Source: a virus
IMG/VR virus record: IMGVR_UViG_3300035137_000026
Coordinates: 96,001 to 160,000 of that record
Reading direction: 5' to 3' (one strand)
Length of the DNA stretch: 64,000 nucleotides
Within the stretch, counting starts at the first letter, position 1, and every line of letters begins with the position of its first letter. Below the pieces are notes generated by a model that was not told the DNA's origin, made no database searches, and was given only the letters and a program-made list of their open reading frames with translations. A program made the translations under genes and the position numbers. Shown in pieces: positions 9,924-19,664 of the stretch.

Positions 9924-11177
9924 ATGCCATTTTTTCCACGTGAAGAGAAAGACATAGTCTCTGAAGCATTACAGAGAATGAGTCGCTCTACTAATATCAC
10001 TCAGCTGGCTCCGGGTGGTAAGGCGAGATTCTTCCTTACAACCGTTGCTCGAGAGCAGGCCCGTCAGCAGGCTCTATTCGATGCCAATTTACTTCAACCA
10101 TACATCAAGTATTCTGAAGGTAAGTTCTTAGACTTCTTTGGTGACATGCTCAATCTTCCTCGGGTAGAGGCGACACACGCAGGAGCAGCCAACGAGAACT
10201 TTATGTTCTATGTACAGAGTGGTCGGTTTACTGATTTAAATTCAGGCTCACCATTTACTGTTCCTGTTGGTACGGTGGTCGGAACAGTTCCGTTTGACGG
10301 CACTACCGTTACTCCAGGTCTTGAAGTTCAGGATACTATTGAGTACAGAACTACAGAGTCTGTGGTGTGTGAACCGACAGCCTCTTATGTGTATGCTCCA
10401 GTTAGGGCCACAGTAGAAGGTGCTTATGCTTCTGTGCCTCGTAATGCGCTGACACAACACGGCTTTGATGGCTATGCACTGGCCGGCACCAACCTCCTGA
10501 AATGTACTAACAAATATGCAATTGATAATGGTGTAGATAGAGAGAGCAATGAGTCTTATCGCTATAGGTTGGCCAATATCTTTACGGCTCGGAGTCAAGC
10601 AATGTATGTCAGTATTCGTCTGGCAGCGTTGAGTATTGCAGGAGTAGCAGATGTTGTTATGGTGAATGCAGAACAGGGGCCTGGCACGTTTGCCTTATAT
10701 ATTCGCAGCATTACGCCATCTGTTAGTCCAGAGCTGGTGACTGCAGTATCTACGGCTGTGAATGAAGTGGTTGCTTATGGTATCCGTCCATTTATTTCGG
10801 CACCTAGAACTCTAGGTATGGAGATGGTTGCTGCGGTGAACTGGTCTCCTCGAGCAAGCAAAGAAGAGATTGCAATCGGTTATACAAATATGCGGAATAT
10901 AGTTGAAGAAACCATCAACGAACTAGATATTGGAGAGGCATTAAATTTGACGGACTTGATTGTCGCAATGCTAGACGTTGCTCCGAAGGCAAATAGGATT
11001 GGTCAGAATATGGTGAACACATTTGAAGAAGTATATGTACATCGATCTAATCCGACTGCTGAGAGCGTGACCACACGCAATCTTGTTTTCTCTGATTATA
11101 TTGAGCCGCTATACAATGAAAGAATTCTACTAGAAACATCTACCCGCTATCGTGGTATTCAGTTCATAACATTCTAA
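9924..11177 (+). CDS. Baseplate J-like wedge protein
   Basis: FLDFFGDMLNLPR, TVPVGTVV, PVRATVEGAYASV, NGVDRESNESYRYRL, AALSIAGVADV are typical baseplate-J motifs. Confidence 0.85.
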   Translation: MPFFPREEKDIVSEALQRMSRSTNITQLAPGGKARFFLTTVAREQARQQALFDANLLQPYIKYSEGKFLDFFGDMLNLPRVEATHAGAANENFMFYVQSGRFTDLNSGSPFTVPVGTVVGTVPFDGTTVTPGLEVQDTIEYRTTESVVCEPTASYVYAPVRATVEGAYASVPRNALTQHGFDGYALAGTNLLKCTNKYAIDNGVDRESNESYRYRLANIFTARSQAMYVSIRLAALSIAGVADVVMVNAEQGPGTFALYIRSITPSVSPELVTAVSTAVNEVVAYGIRPFISAPRTLGMEMVAAVNWSPRASKEEIAIGYTNMRNIVEETINELDIGEALNLTDLIVAMLDVAPKANRIGQNMVNTFEEVYVHRSNPTAESVTTRNLVFSDYIEPLYNERILLETSTRYRGIQFITF

Positions 11178-11187
11178 GGAGTCTGCT

Positions 11188-12837
11188 ATGGCAACATTAG
11201 GCACCTGGCCCCAGGATATATATTACCTGTCGTGGATGACACAGAGGCTAACCAACCGTGCGCCAGATTGGACTCATGCACGCAGATGGTCTTGGTCTGT
11301 ATTCCAGCAGATGTTGAATCCCACAGCTGCAGATCTAGAGCGTGTAAACAAGCAGTTGGTTGAAGAGCGAAATAATATTTATCTCAGTGCCACCAATATA
11401 AACCTGATTGACAGACTCTACTTTGTTGAGCTTGGTGTCGGCATGGAGTTTTCTTATTCAGATGGTGGAGATGGAATCATAGTCTTCGACACTCCTGCGG
11501 TATATGTTGACATAGAAGATACTGAGCATCAGATTACGATTGCCAAAGATAATGATATTGAATCTCTCTGTTACACAGCGGTACCATCTCGAATTGAAGA
11601 CGGAGAGATGGTTTGTTCGTATCTTGAGGTAATTCCACGGACAGAAGTTTCTGAGCTTGGTGACGTAGCCCCTAATTCTTTGCCAATTCCAGGCCATCTG
11701 TATGTCACGCTGCGCAACAATAATACTTGGCAGTATGAGGTTGTTAACAAATACTTCTATCCAAAGATCCACATCCGAGGGACTACTCGCAAGGGTGTAG
11801 AGATGGAAGAAGCTGTTCCTCTTAGATATAACGGTACTTTTAAGACGATTAATGAGTGGGATGAGGTAACCGAGGTTTTTGTTAGCTATCTTGACGCCGA
11901 AGCCGAGATCACAGTTGAGGTTCTTCCATTCGACCGGGATACACAACTGGACACACACAACCTTGTTGTGCCAGCTACCGGAATAGAATCCTGGCGATTT
12001 GTGCGCCTTGAAGAGAAGATATGGGGTAGTGCTTTAGTATCAGAAGGCTTCACGGTGAGCAGCTTTGATGTTATCCGTAAAGGCTTTGATACTCTCGACC
12101 ACGAGTGGGAGATGGAACTTCATAATACTAGCGGCACGCCTGTAGATCTGACAGCTATGGTTCTCAAGCCCAATACAGACTATATGCTAGCTATCGATGA
12201 TAACTATCTGTATGTCTACAACACAAAGCTTCCATACCCAGATCTGACAGTACTGGGTTCAGAGAGTGCAGATACCAAGATGGATCTGTGGTCTGACAGA
12301 TGGATTTATGCCAGAGGTGATTCTGTAAGAATCTTTACTGATATTCTAGATGTAAGTGTGGTGCCCTGGCGAGTCAGATGGAGTGTTGTTGACCCAGATG
12401 GTCAAGAATACTATTTACTAGCTAATGGCTCTAAGGTCTTAACTGACAGCGGTGTGGATGCTTGGATTGGCAATACTCGCTGGGAGTACGGAACTTGGAA
12501 AGAGATATATATGGATTTTCTAGTTGAGCAAACTGGAGTTCATGTAGTCACCCTCGAGACACTCTATGCTGACGCCGATAAACAAGGAAACAATGTTACT
12601 TTGACTACGAAGTTTCTTTACTATGTTCCATCAGCCACTCCAGAGAATGTTATTGAGCTTCCTAATGCATTAAAGAATGCGACAGATATAGGCTTTGATT
12701 CTGATGGCAAACTCTGGTTCTCAACTGGCGATGATATTCTGCTGGCCGATCTATACTACGACTACTTTATGGTGGACTATGAGCTGAATAGAGTTTGGTT
12801 GCGGGAGAATTACTCTTCTGTTAGGGTGGTACTATGA
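11188..12837 (+). CDS. Baseplate/tail structural protein
   Basis: 549 aa, acidic and beta-rich, follows baseplate J; RBS AAGGAG. Confidence 0.5.
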   Translation: MATLGTWPQDIYYLSWMTQRLTNRAPDWTHARRWSWSVFQQMLNPTAADLERVNKQLVEERNNIYLSATNINLIDRLYFVELGVGMEFSYSDGGDGIIVFDTPAVYVDIEDTEHQITIAKDNDIESLCYTAVPSRIEDGEMVCSYLEVIPRTEVSELGDVAPNSLPIPGHLYVTLRNNNTWQYEVVNKYFYPKIHIRGTTRKGVEMEEAVPLRYNGTFKTINEWDEVTEVFVSYLDAEAEITVEVLPFDRDTQLDTHNLVVPATGIESWRFVRLEEKIWGSALVSEGFTVSSFDVIRKGFDTLDHEWEMELHNTSGTPVDLTAMVLKPNTDYMLAIDDNYLYVYNTKLPYPDLTVLGSESADTKMDLWSDRWIYARGDSVRIFTDILDVSVVPWRVRWSVVDPDGQEYYLLANGSKVLTDSGVDAWIGNTRWEYGTWKEIYMDFLVEQTGVHVVTLETLYADADKQGNNVTLTTKFLYYVPSATPENVIELPNALKNATDIGFDSDGKLWFSTGDDILLADLYYDYFMVDYELNRVWLRENYSSVRVVL

Positions 12838-13781
12838 GCGGACGTAAACTACAAGGGTTTTCAATATATATCGAGCTTCCTACACAGGTAGAAGGCACTC
12901 CTGGAGTCCGCAATGTTGTCAATAATTTTGACTATCACGGTGACTTGGTGTCTCTCCGTAGGCTGCATGGTGAAAGTAATGCAAAGTACAAGCAGAGGCT
13001 TATGGATGTCTCGGTGCATCCAGGTGGACCACTATACGAGCAGGTAGTGAGCGGCCTAGCTAGAGATCTAGGATACCTCCGAAAGAATGCTCTTGAGATT
13101 AACATCAAGTATAATAGTGCAGGCGACCCAATAGCGCAGAATCCTCTAGTTGATGTTCTCGCCAATAGAGTTGTTCTCTATAGTGATTGGCGACCAGATG
13201 GCACAGAAGTCATTGACATGGAGATTCGAACCTATCAGTTGGGCGATCCTGGATATTATCTAGATGACCTGGTGGTAGAGATCAATAAGTCGGAGTACTT
13301 TTCGGCTTCGCTAGTGGACGACATCAGACCAAATACTATTACTTCTACTTTGGTTCGAACTAACTCAAGACACATTGTTCCCGAGGCATATATCCGCTCA
13401 GATCAGCTGCAAGTGCTTGATAATCAAAACATTATCGATGGTACTCTGGTCTTCTTTGAGAAGATAATCTTTGAGACAGAAGTAACCGGAACTCCTTCCG
13501 CTGACGGTGAATATGCGGTAAATTACGTATCTGGAGAGATTCAGTCATATCTCCAGCCATCCGGTCAGAGCTATTGCTCATATCAGTATAATGAGTTCCC
13601 ACTGATAGTTGATGCTGTACCAATTCAGGTGTTTGCATTCCAAGATGACGACTTTCAGTATGAGCTGTTCCAGCATGAAACTCTAGATTCCGGTGAGGTT
13701 GTAAATAGCCTGCCCAACGGAGAGGGCTCAGAAATCTATCATCAGCTGTTCACGCAGACTGAAGTATTCTGGGGCGAGTAA
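12834..13781 (+). CDS. Baseplate wedge-associated structural protein
   Basis: 315 aa; FDYHGDLVSLRRLHGESNAKYKQRL resembles the wedge-protein motif; ATGA overlap with the previous gene. Confidence 0.5.
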   Translation: MSGRKLQGFSIYIELPTQVEGTPGVRNVVNNFDYHGDLVSLRRLHGESNAKYKQRLMDVSVHPGGPLYEQVVSGLARDLGYLRKNALEINIKYNSAGDPIAQNPLVDVLANRVVLYSDWRPDGTEVIDMEIRTYQLGDPGYYLDDLVVEINKSEYFSASLVDDIRPNTITSTLVRTNSRHIVPEAYIRSDQLQVLDNQNIIDGTLVFFEKIIFETEVTGTPSADGEYAVNYVSGEIQSYLQPSGQSYCSYQYNEFPLIVDAVPIQVFAFQDDDFQYELFQHETLDSGEVVNSLPNGEGSEIYHQLFTQTEVFWGE

Positions 13782-13783
13782 TT

Positions 13784-16063
13784 ATGGCAGTAACCAGACC
13801 AAGTATAAATTTTAGTACTAAGCAGACGGTGTATCATCGTGAGAGCATGAAGCCTTATGTTGGCTTCGAGAACATAGATGATATGCCTGATGGATGGCGT
13901 TTTGACATCAAACGCTGGTGTAGTCCTTTCGACCTAAGACTGCCAAAAATGCCTCGTCTATCTGATACCTCTACTCAAGGTGTATCTGAGTCGATATACT
14001 TCAAATCTGGTGTTGGATCTGTAGATGCTGGTGATGTCTACATGAAGAGTATAGACGAGTTGTTCCGTGACCACGAGAGACACTGGATTCCTATTCTCCG
14101 TACAGGCCAGTATTTTCGCTACAAGACGCCATGGTATCTATATGGCGACAACAGTAGAGTACAGTATATTAGCTCAAGTGAGAATCGTGATGGACGCAAT
14201 TATCTAAAATTAGATGAAGAACCTGACATGTCTTCACCTATCTTGGCTTCTTCTTTCCGACGAGTCACTGCGACAAGAACTCCTATGCATGACACTGTCG
14301 TACAGCAGATGTATGAGTTTTCGGGTGTCTATGTAGATGAAGAAGAGCAATCAACTGTTACAGTGATGGGCAATATCAACTGGAATAATGTTGACTATAA
14401 CAAGCGTGAATTCATTGTTGACACCAGTATCGAAGGCACAACCAGACTATTCTTCAATAAAGACTACACTGAGACTGTAGGTGTAGTTCCAACATACTAT
14501 CAGGATTTAGCAGCCTGTGAGGTCCTTGGCTTATCTAATGGTTCTAACTACCAGGTCTATTATCTCAAACGATTCCCAGTGCTTGCAGACAATTCCTTCC
14601 ATTTGTATGTAGCGGACGTCTCTACTTGGGAAGAGTGGACTCGAGTTGATACATGGTTCGAACTGATTAATTCCACAGCTCAGAAGCAATATTTCGTCGA
14701 CAAGGACTTGGGGATTATTTATCTTGGCTCGTCTGTTAATGGCGGATGCCCACCGTTGGGTCGCTATATTGTTTGTAGCTACGATGTAACTCTAAGAGTA
14801 GAGTATGAAGAGTCAGAACGGAAGATGGAAGTTAAGGCCTGGGAGGCAGACACTAGCCCGGTGACACAATATATCAACCAGGGCTTTGTGTGTATTACGC
14901 ATGACCAGCTCGAGGCCGCTATTCTCAAACTTGAGATTGACAAGGCTATGATTCCATTTACTCATGCCCCTCGAGAGTACGGGCCTATCTACGTTGGCTC
15001 TGACTATGGAATCCTTAAGGCTACTGTGACCACAATTGGCGGAACAGTTGTGCCTGGTATTGAGGTTGGCTTCGAGATGACACCATCAACCATCGGATAC
15101 CTGGCCGGGTCAGCAACTTCCACATCTGTGACTAACGGTAGAGGAGAAGCATACACCTCTTACCAGCCACCAGTATCTGCTGATACGCTAGGTTTCTATA
15201 CTGTCACAGTAAGAGCATCTACTAATCCGTACTACCCAAATCACAAAGAACTGATTATCAAAGAGACTGAGACTGGACTAGAAGGCCGAGAAGAAGAAGT
15301 CTATACATTCCAGGTACTTAAGGATGACATTCTGCTGGGATATGCTACTGTTGACGATTGGATTTACTACAATCTGGATGCTCCGTCTTGGGTAGTAGAT
15401 GCGACTACATATGCACAGTGGAAGTCTGAGATAATCATCGACTACGAGTTGGAAGATTGGGCTGGCGTACAGGCAGATGGTACAATTGTAGGAAGAAAGG
15501 TTGTTATCTACAAGCTTGATCCTAGTACTGAAAACTATGATTCTTCGGCTGTACATCCAGCCATAGGCGATATGGGGGCTGTTGTTCCTCTCCGGCCTGA
15601 GCTAGTAGAGAAAATCACGGATAGTGGTGATGATTATTATGGTTATTGGCGAGTTATCTATCCAGAAGATGCTATCGCTGATTGTGATCCCGATGACAAC
15701 AATAACAACATTGGTGGTTACTGGCTGTGCTCAAGCAGAGTAATAACTTTCAAGGCACATTGCTGGAGCCCCTACTATAATCGTATAATATATAGCAATG
15801 ATCTTGTGGTGAGGATTTCACTGCCAGACTACTTGCTTGGCGAATACACAAATGATTATCTGCAGAAAGTCCCATTTGGCTGGAAGCTACCAACGGATAC
15901 AGACAATGTGGCTGCAGGGCTCAATGGAGCCACCTTTATAACTGTGAATCCTCACTCTGGACCATATAAGATTGTAGATCTCGTGAACGAGACCACAAGC
16001 GATGACTGGGCATCGGCTCCATTTAAGAGTATCGGATTCCAGATGTACATCGAAGAATCTTAA
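13784..16063 (+). CDS. Virion structural protein with an Ig-like (Big_1/invasin-type) domain
   Basis: 759 aa; ILKATVTTIGGTVVPGIEVGF...SVTNGRGEAYTSY is a Big_1-like signature. Confidence 0.55.
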   Translation: MAVTRPSINFSTKQTVYHRESMKPYVGFENIDDMPDGWRFDIKRWCSPFDLRLPKMPRLSDTSTQGVSESIYFKSGVGSVDAGDVYMKSIDELFRDHERHWIPILRTGQYFRYKTPWYLYGDNSRVQYISSSENRDGRNYLKLDEEPDMSSPILASSFRRVTATRTPMHDTVVQQMYEFSGVYVDEEEQSTVTVMGNINWNNVDYNKREFIVDTSIEGTTRLFFNKDYTETVGVVPTYYQDLAACEVLGLSNGSNYQVYYLKRFPVLADNSFHLYVADVSTWEEWTRVDTWFELINSTAQKQYFVDKDLGIIYLGSSVNGGCPPLGRYIVCSYDVTLRVEYEESERKMEVKAWEADTSPVTQYINQGFVCITHDQLEAAILKLEIDKAMIPFTHAPREYGPIYVGSDYGILKATVTTIGGTVVPGIEVGFEMTPSTIGYLAGSATSTSVTNGRGEAYTSYQPPVSADTLGFYTVTVRASTNPYYPNHKELIIKETETGLEGREEEVYTFQVLKDDILLGYATVDDWIYYNLDAPSWVVDATTYAQWKSEIIIDYELEDWAGVQADGTIVGRKVVIYKLDPSTENYDSSAVHPAIGDMGAVVPLRPELVEKITDSGDDYYGYWRVIYPEDAIADCDPDDNNNNIGGYWLCSSRVITFKAHCWSPYYNRIIYSNDLVVRISLPDYLLGEYTNDYLQKVPFGWKLPTDTDNVAAGLNGATFITVNPHSGPYKIVDLVNETTSDDWASAPFKSIGFQMYIEES

Positions 16064-16072
16064 GGAGGCACT

Positions 16073-19000
16073 ATGGCCAACACAATTGATCAGATGCAGG
16101 ACGTCTTTCCTGTTTCCTTTGAGTTTGTAAAGGGTGAGCAGCCTTCGGCTACTAAGCTAACTGGCTGGGTCAAGCAAACCAATACTGCTTTTGCTAGAAT
16201 GACCAAGGCTGTCGGTGACCCTTGGGAATATACGGCACACAGCGGAACAAGCGGAATTTACTTTCTGAGTCCTGACAGACTAGCACAGGCTAGTCTTGCT
16301 CGATTCATGGGTCCGTCAGACTATACTTCTCCTCGAGGCGCATCATTCCAGGAGCCTATCAGTACAGCCTTAGAAGTAAGGTTGCCATCCTATCGGAATA
16401 CGTGGAATCTAGGCTACCCACTTGTCAAACTTACCAGTGATCATCTACCTAGTGATGCTGGTATGGATAAAGTAGAGAAGCTGAACTGGAGTTCTGACGT
16501 TACATATATTAGCGGACCAGTGTCGTATTTTGATACCGAGGTGGCGTCTGCTGACCTTGTAACAGAATATGGTGAGTTCTATGTTGACTACTACACAGGA
16601 ACTATTACAGCCTACACCACAGCAACATCTGAAATAATACTGCAGATTGATAACCTTCATATGTTTGGTCCTGGCCCGGCGTGGGGCACATCCAACATAA
16701 TTCCCCACTGGAATGATGACGCAACTCTCTGTTGGGTAACAATCAATAGTACATCTGGCGGCACTACGCTCTATGATGTGGCCCTGCCACAAGTACAGAG
16801 TACATCTCGGGATACAGATCCAGATGCAGCTCTGCTTGGAGCAGTGTACCATCCAGATATAGCTATTGCTTCTGTCGTACAGTGGAATGCTACGGTATCA
16901 GGAGCTACGGCATATTATAGACTGCCAGTATCACTGACCAACAACTTGACTGCTGGCGACCAAATTCCAGATGGCTTTATGTATGTCTGGGACGAGTCTA
17001 CTGGGCGCATTGTTCCACAGACAGAATTCTTCTATGTAGACGAGCATAATGTTCAGGTACAAACGCCAGAAGGTTGGCTAACCGAGGGTGGCTCGATTAG
17101 ACTTATTGTTACAGGCACAAGTCTGGCAGAAGCGGTTCACCACCTGATGATGGTACAGCGTGAAGGTCGCCATGCGGGCCTCTCAACTGGCCAGCACCAG
17201 GACACTCTGCACTATATGGTTCCTATCTCCCATGATGAGATCGTAGACTCCTTCAGCGGCCCGATTGGTAGTACAATAACAGAGCCCACGAAGTTCTATT
17301 TCCGTGAGTCAACTGCTCCTGTTAATCCACATCCACAGTATATCCATAGAGCTGGATATCTTGATGATGATGAAGAGGGTAACTCTGCTAATGCTATGAG
17401 AGGGTGGCTTGCTTTTGCGGGCCGCTATGACATTGACAGCGCCTATACGATTGGTGCAGGTACTGCTAGTGGCACTATGGGTGCTACCTATGGTCTTATC
17501 TTTGGCGGTGGAACCATAACCACATCTTCCCAGAATGCTCGACTCGCCTGGGAGGGTGGAGAGAATGTGGACACATGGAGTGGTTCTGGAGACACAGCAA
17601 AGAAACTAGGTTTCGGCATAGACGAGCTTGGTGCTCAACGTGTGGGCAGCGAGCGATTCGGCGCTCTTACTTATACCCCATGGTATGGAATGCCTCTGTA
17701 TCTTAGAGGTCAGGTAGATACAGTATTGGTAGAAGCAGTGGGTGCAGTACTAGGCTTTGACTTCGGCGACTGGGGTGAGATGAACTACATCAAACTCACC
17801 AAAGCATTCCGAAGTGGGAGCTGGGACATGCCCAACCAGGCATGCTGGATTGAACAAGCCACAACATCAGCATTGTCGATTACACCAGGTCTTATCGGTG
17901 GAACAACAAGCAACCGTCTGGCAGCTGAACAAATTCGTGAGTTCAGATTCCGAGCCGGTTCATACAATCCAGACACCAGAAATGCAAATGATGGTCTTGG
18001 AAACACAACACAGCCACTGACATTTGATTCGAGTCTCTCTCATGACGCTATTGAAGCAAATGGTGCTAGTAAGTATTTCGTTGTAGATGGAGAATGCGCC
18101 TCAGATTTCCGTGTTGGCGATACAATTACGTGTGCTGGATTTAGCAATAGCGGCAACAATGATGACTTCACAATTACGGCAGTTTCTCAGATCGGCGGGA
18201 ATACACATGTTAGCGTATCAGAGTCTGTAGTTACAGAGCCTTCTCCAACCAGTGCAACGGTGACGTCATCTACAAACGAATTCAATCCCTATTTCACATC
18301 ACCCGGCATGGTTGGAGCTGACTTCTTTAATGTTTATAGCAATGCTATCTTCTTCTCTGATACTGGCGATGGCAAGACCACGTCGTTTACCGACCGTGGT
18401 AACCTTTGGATGAATACTGGAAGTTCTGATAGTATGCCGTCTGGTATCTACTACGTCCCACAAGCCACTCAGGGTCCAGCCATGGCTCTGTCGCTGTATG
18501 ACTCATCCCTAAGTGCCAGCAGCCAGCCATTGTATGTTGGTGACAGATATGGTTTCTGGTATATTTCCGAGGAAGATGGTCCAGTAGGGCTCATAACTAC
18601 AGATTCAGTGTTGATTTCATCTGGACATGATACTGGAAACCTAGCAACCATAGTGAGTAATATCAGAACCTATGGTGATTCTGGACAATTAGGAATCGCT
18701 GCTGGTGACTATGCAGCAGTTCAGGCATCTTACGGATTGGCTGGCTCGTCTATGGGGCTACAGCTCTATGCAAGCGATGACTATCCAGACATTAGAATAA
18801 CTTCATGGCATGGCGATATAGCCATTAGGACATATACATCAGGCTATATTGCTATCGATTCAACCGAATATCTCACAATAGATGCCAATGACGACATAAA
18901 CATCAATGCAGATAATATCTATCTGGATGCAAAAAGCTACATCTTCCTGGATGCTCCAGGCATCAATGTAACCTCAGAGGACTACAGCGTAACTATTAAC

Positions 19001-19663
19001 ACAAATCTAGATTTCATTGTGAACTGTGGAGACGAGATTGAAATGGAAGCCGATGGCACAGGCGACAATTGGCTCGAGGCAACCAACGGCAATCTCTACC
19101 TCCGATCTGGAACAAGTTTTAATTCAAATGCTGTATTGGGACTGCAAGCAACCGGTCGAGCCTATATCTTGGCAGATGAAATTGAGCTATTAACGAATAC
19201 TACCGGTAGTGGGGATATTGCGATTAAGAATCGGCATGGTGGGAATATCGAATTGTATTGCTCTGGTTCAGGCGAGGTACAGTCAGCTACTATCTATGGT
19301 GAAGTGGCCGCATCTCCAAGGCGAGCAGTATATGTTAGCGATAGCTCAAGTAACTATACTGTAGCCACAACATCGTCCAGCAAGAAATACAAGACTGATA
19401 TCTCTAGCCTAGAAGAGCCACCTACTTGGTTATATGATTTGAATCCAGTAAGCTTCCGGTTCAAGAAGAATAAGAAGTACCTCGAGTGGGGCTTGATTGC
19501 AGAAGAAGTACATGAGGTATTGAAAGCTGCTGAGGTTTCAGATAACGCTATGGTGTTGTATGAAGATGGAAAACCAGATGGTATTCTGTATGATCAGCTA
19601 ATTCCACTTCTTCTAAGTGCAGTGAAAGATCTCAAAACTCGCCTGGATAAACTAGAGGGATAA
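16073..19663 (+). CDS. Long tail fibre/spike with a C-terminal peptidase S74 intramolecular chaperone
   Basis: 1196 aa; the C-terminus SSKKYKTDISSL...LYDLNPVSFRFK...WGLIAEEV...GILYDQLIPLLLSAVKDL is a clear S74 chaperone, preceded by beta-helical I.I.A repeats. Confidence 0.85.
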   Translation: MANTIDQMQDVFPVSFEFVKGEQPSATKLTGWVKQTNTAFARMTKAVGDPWEYTAHSGTSGIYFLSPDRLAQASLARFMGPSDYTSPRGASFQEPISTALEVRLPSYRNTWNLGYPLVKLTSDHLPSDAGMDKVEKLNWSSDVTYISGPVSYFDTEVASADLVTEYGEFYVDYYTGTITAYTTATSEIILQIDNLHMFGPGPAWGTSNIIPHWNDDATLCWVTINSTSGGTTLYDVALPQVQSTSRDTDPDAALLGAVYHPDIAIASVVQWNATVSGATAYYRLPVSLTNNLTAGDQIPDGFMYVWDESTGRIVPQTEFFYVDEHNVQVQTPEGWLTEGGSIRLIVTGTSLAEAVHHLMMVQREGRHAGLSTGQHQDTLHYMVPISHDEIVDSFSGPIGSTITEPTKFYFRESTAPVNPHPQYIHRAGYLDDDEEGNSANAMRGWLAFAGRYDIDSAYTIGAGTASGTMGATYGLIFGGGTITTSSQNARLAWEGGENVDTWSGSGDTAKKLGFGIDELGAQRVGSERFGALTYTPWYGMPLYLRGQVDTVLVEAVGAVLGFDFGDWGEMNYIKLTKAFRSGSWDMPNQACWIEQATTSALSITPGLIGGTTSNRLAAEQIREFRFRAGSYNPDTRNANDGLGNTTQPLTFDSSLSHDAIEANGASKYFVVDGECASDFRVGDTITCAGFSNSGNNDDFTITAVSQIGGNTHVSVSESVVTEPSPTSATVTSSTNEFNPYFTSPGMVGADFFNVYSNAIFFSDTGDGKTTSFTDRGNLWMNTGSSDSMPSGIYYVPQATQGPAMALSLYDSSLSASSQPLYVGDRYGFWYISEEDGPVGLITTDSVLISSGHDTGNLATIVSNIRTYGDSGQLGIAAGDYAAVQASYGLAGSSMGLQLYASDDYPDIRITSWHGDIAIRTYTSGYIAIDSTEYLTIDANDDININADNIYLDAKSYIFLDAPGINVTSEDYSVTINTNLDFIVNCGDEIEMEADGTGDNWLEATNGNLYLRSGTSFNSNAVLGLQATGRAYILADEIELLTNTTGSGDIAIKNRHGGNIELYCSGSGEVQSATIYGEVAASPRRAVYVSDSSSNYTVATTSSSKKYKTDISSLEEPPTWLYDLNPVSFRFKKNKKYLEWGLIAEEVHEVLKAAEVSDNAMVLYEDGKPDGILYDQLIPLLLSAVKDLKTRLDKLEG

Positions 19664-19664
19664 T

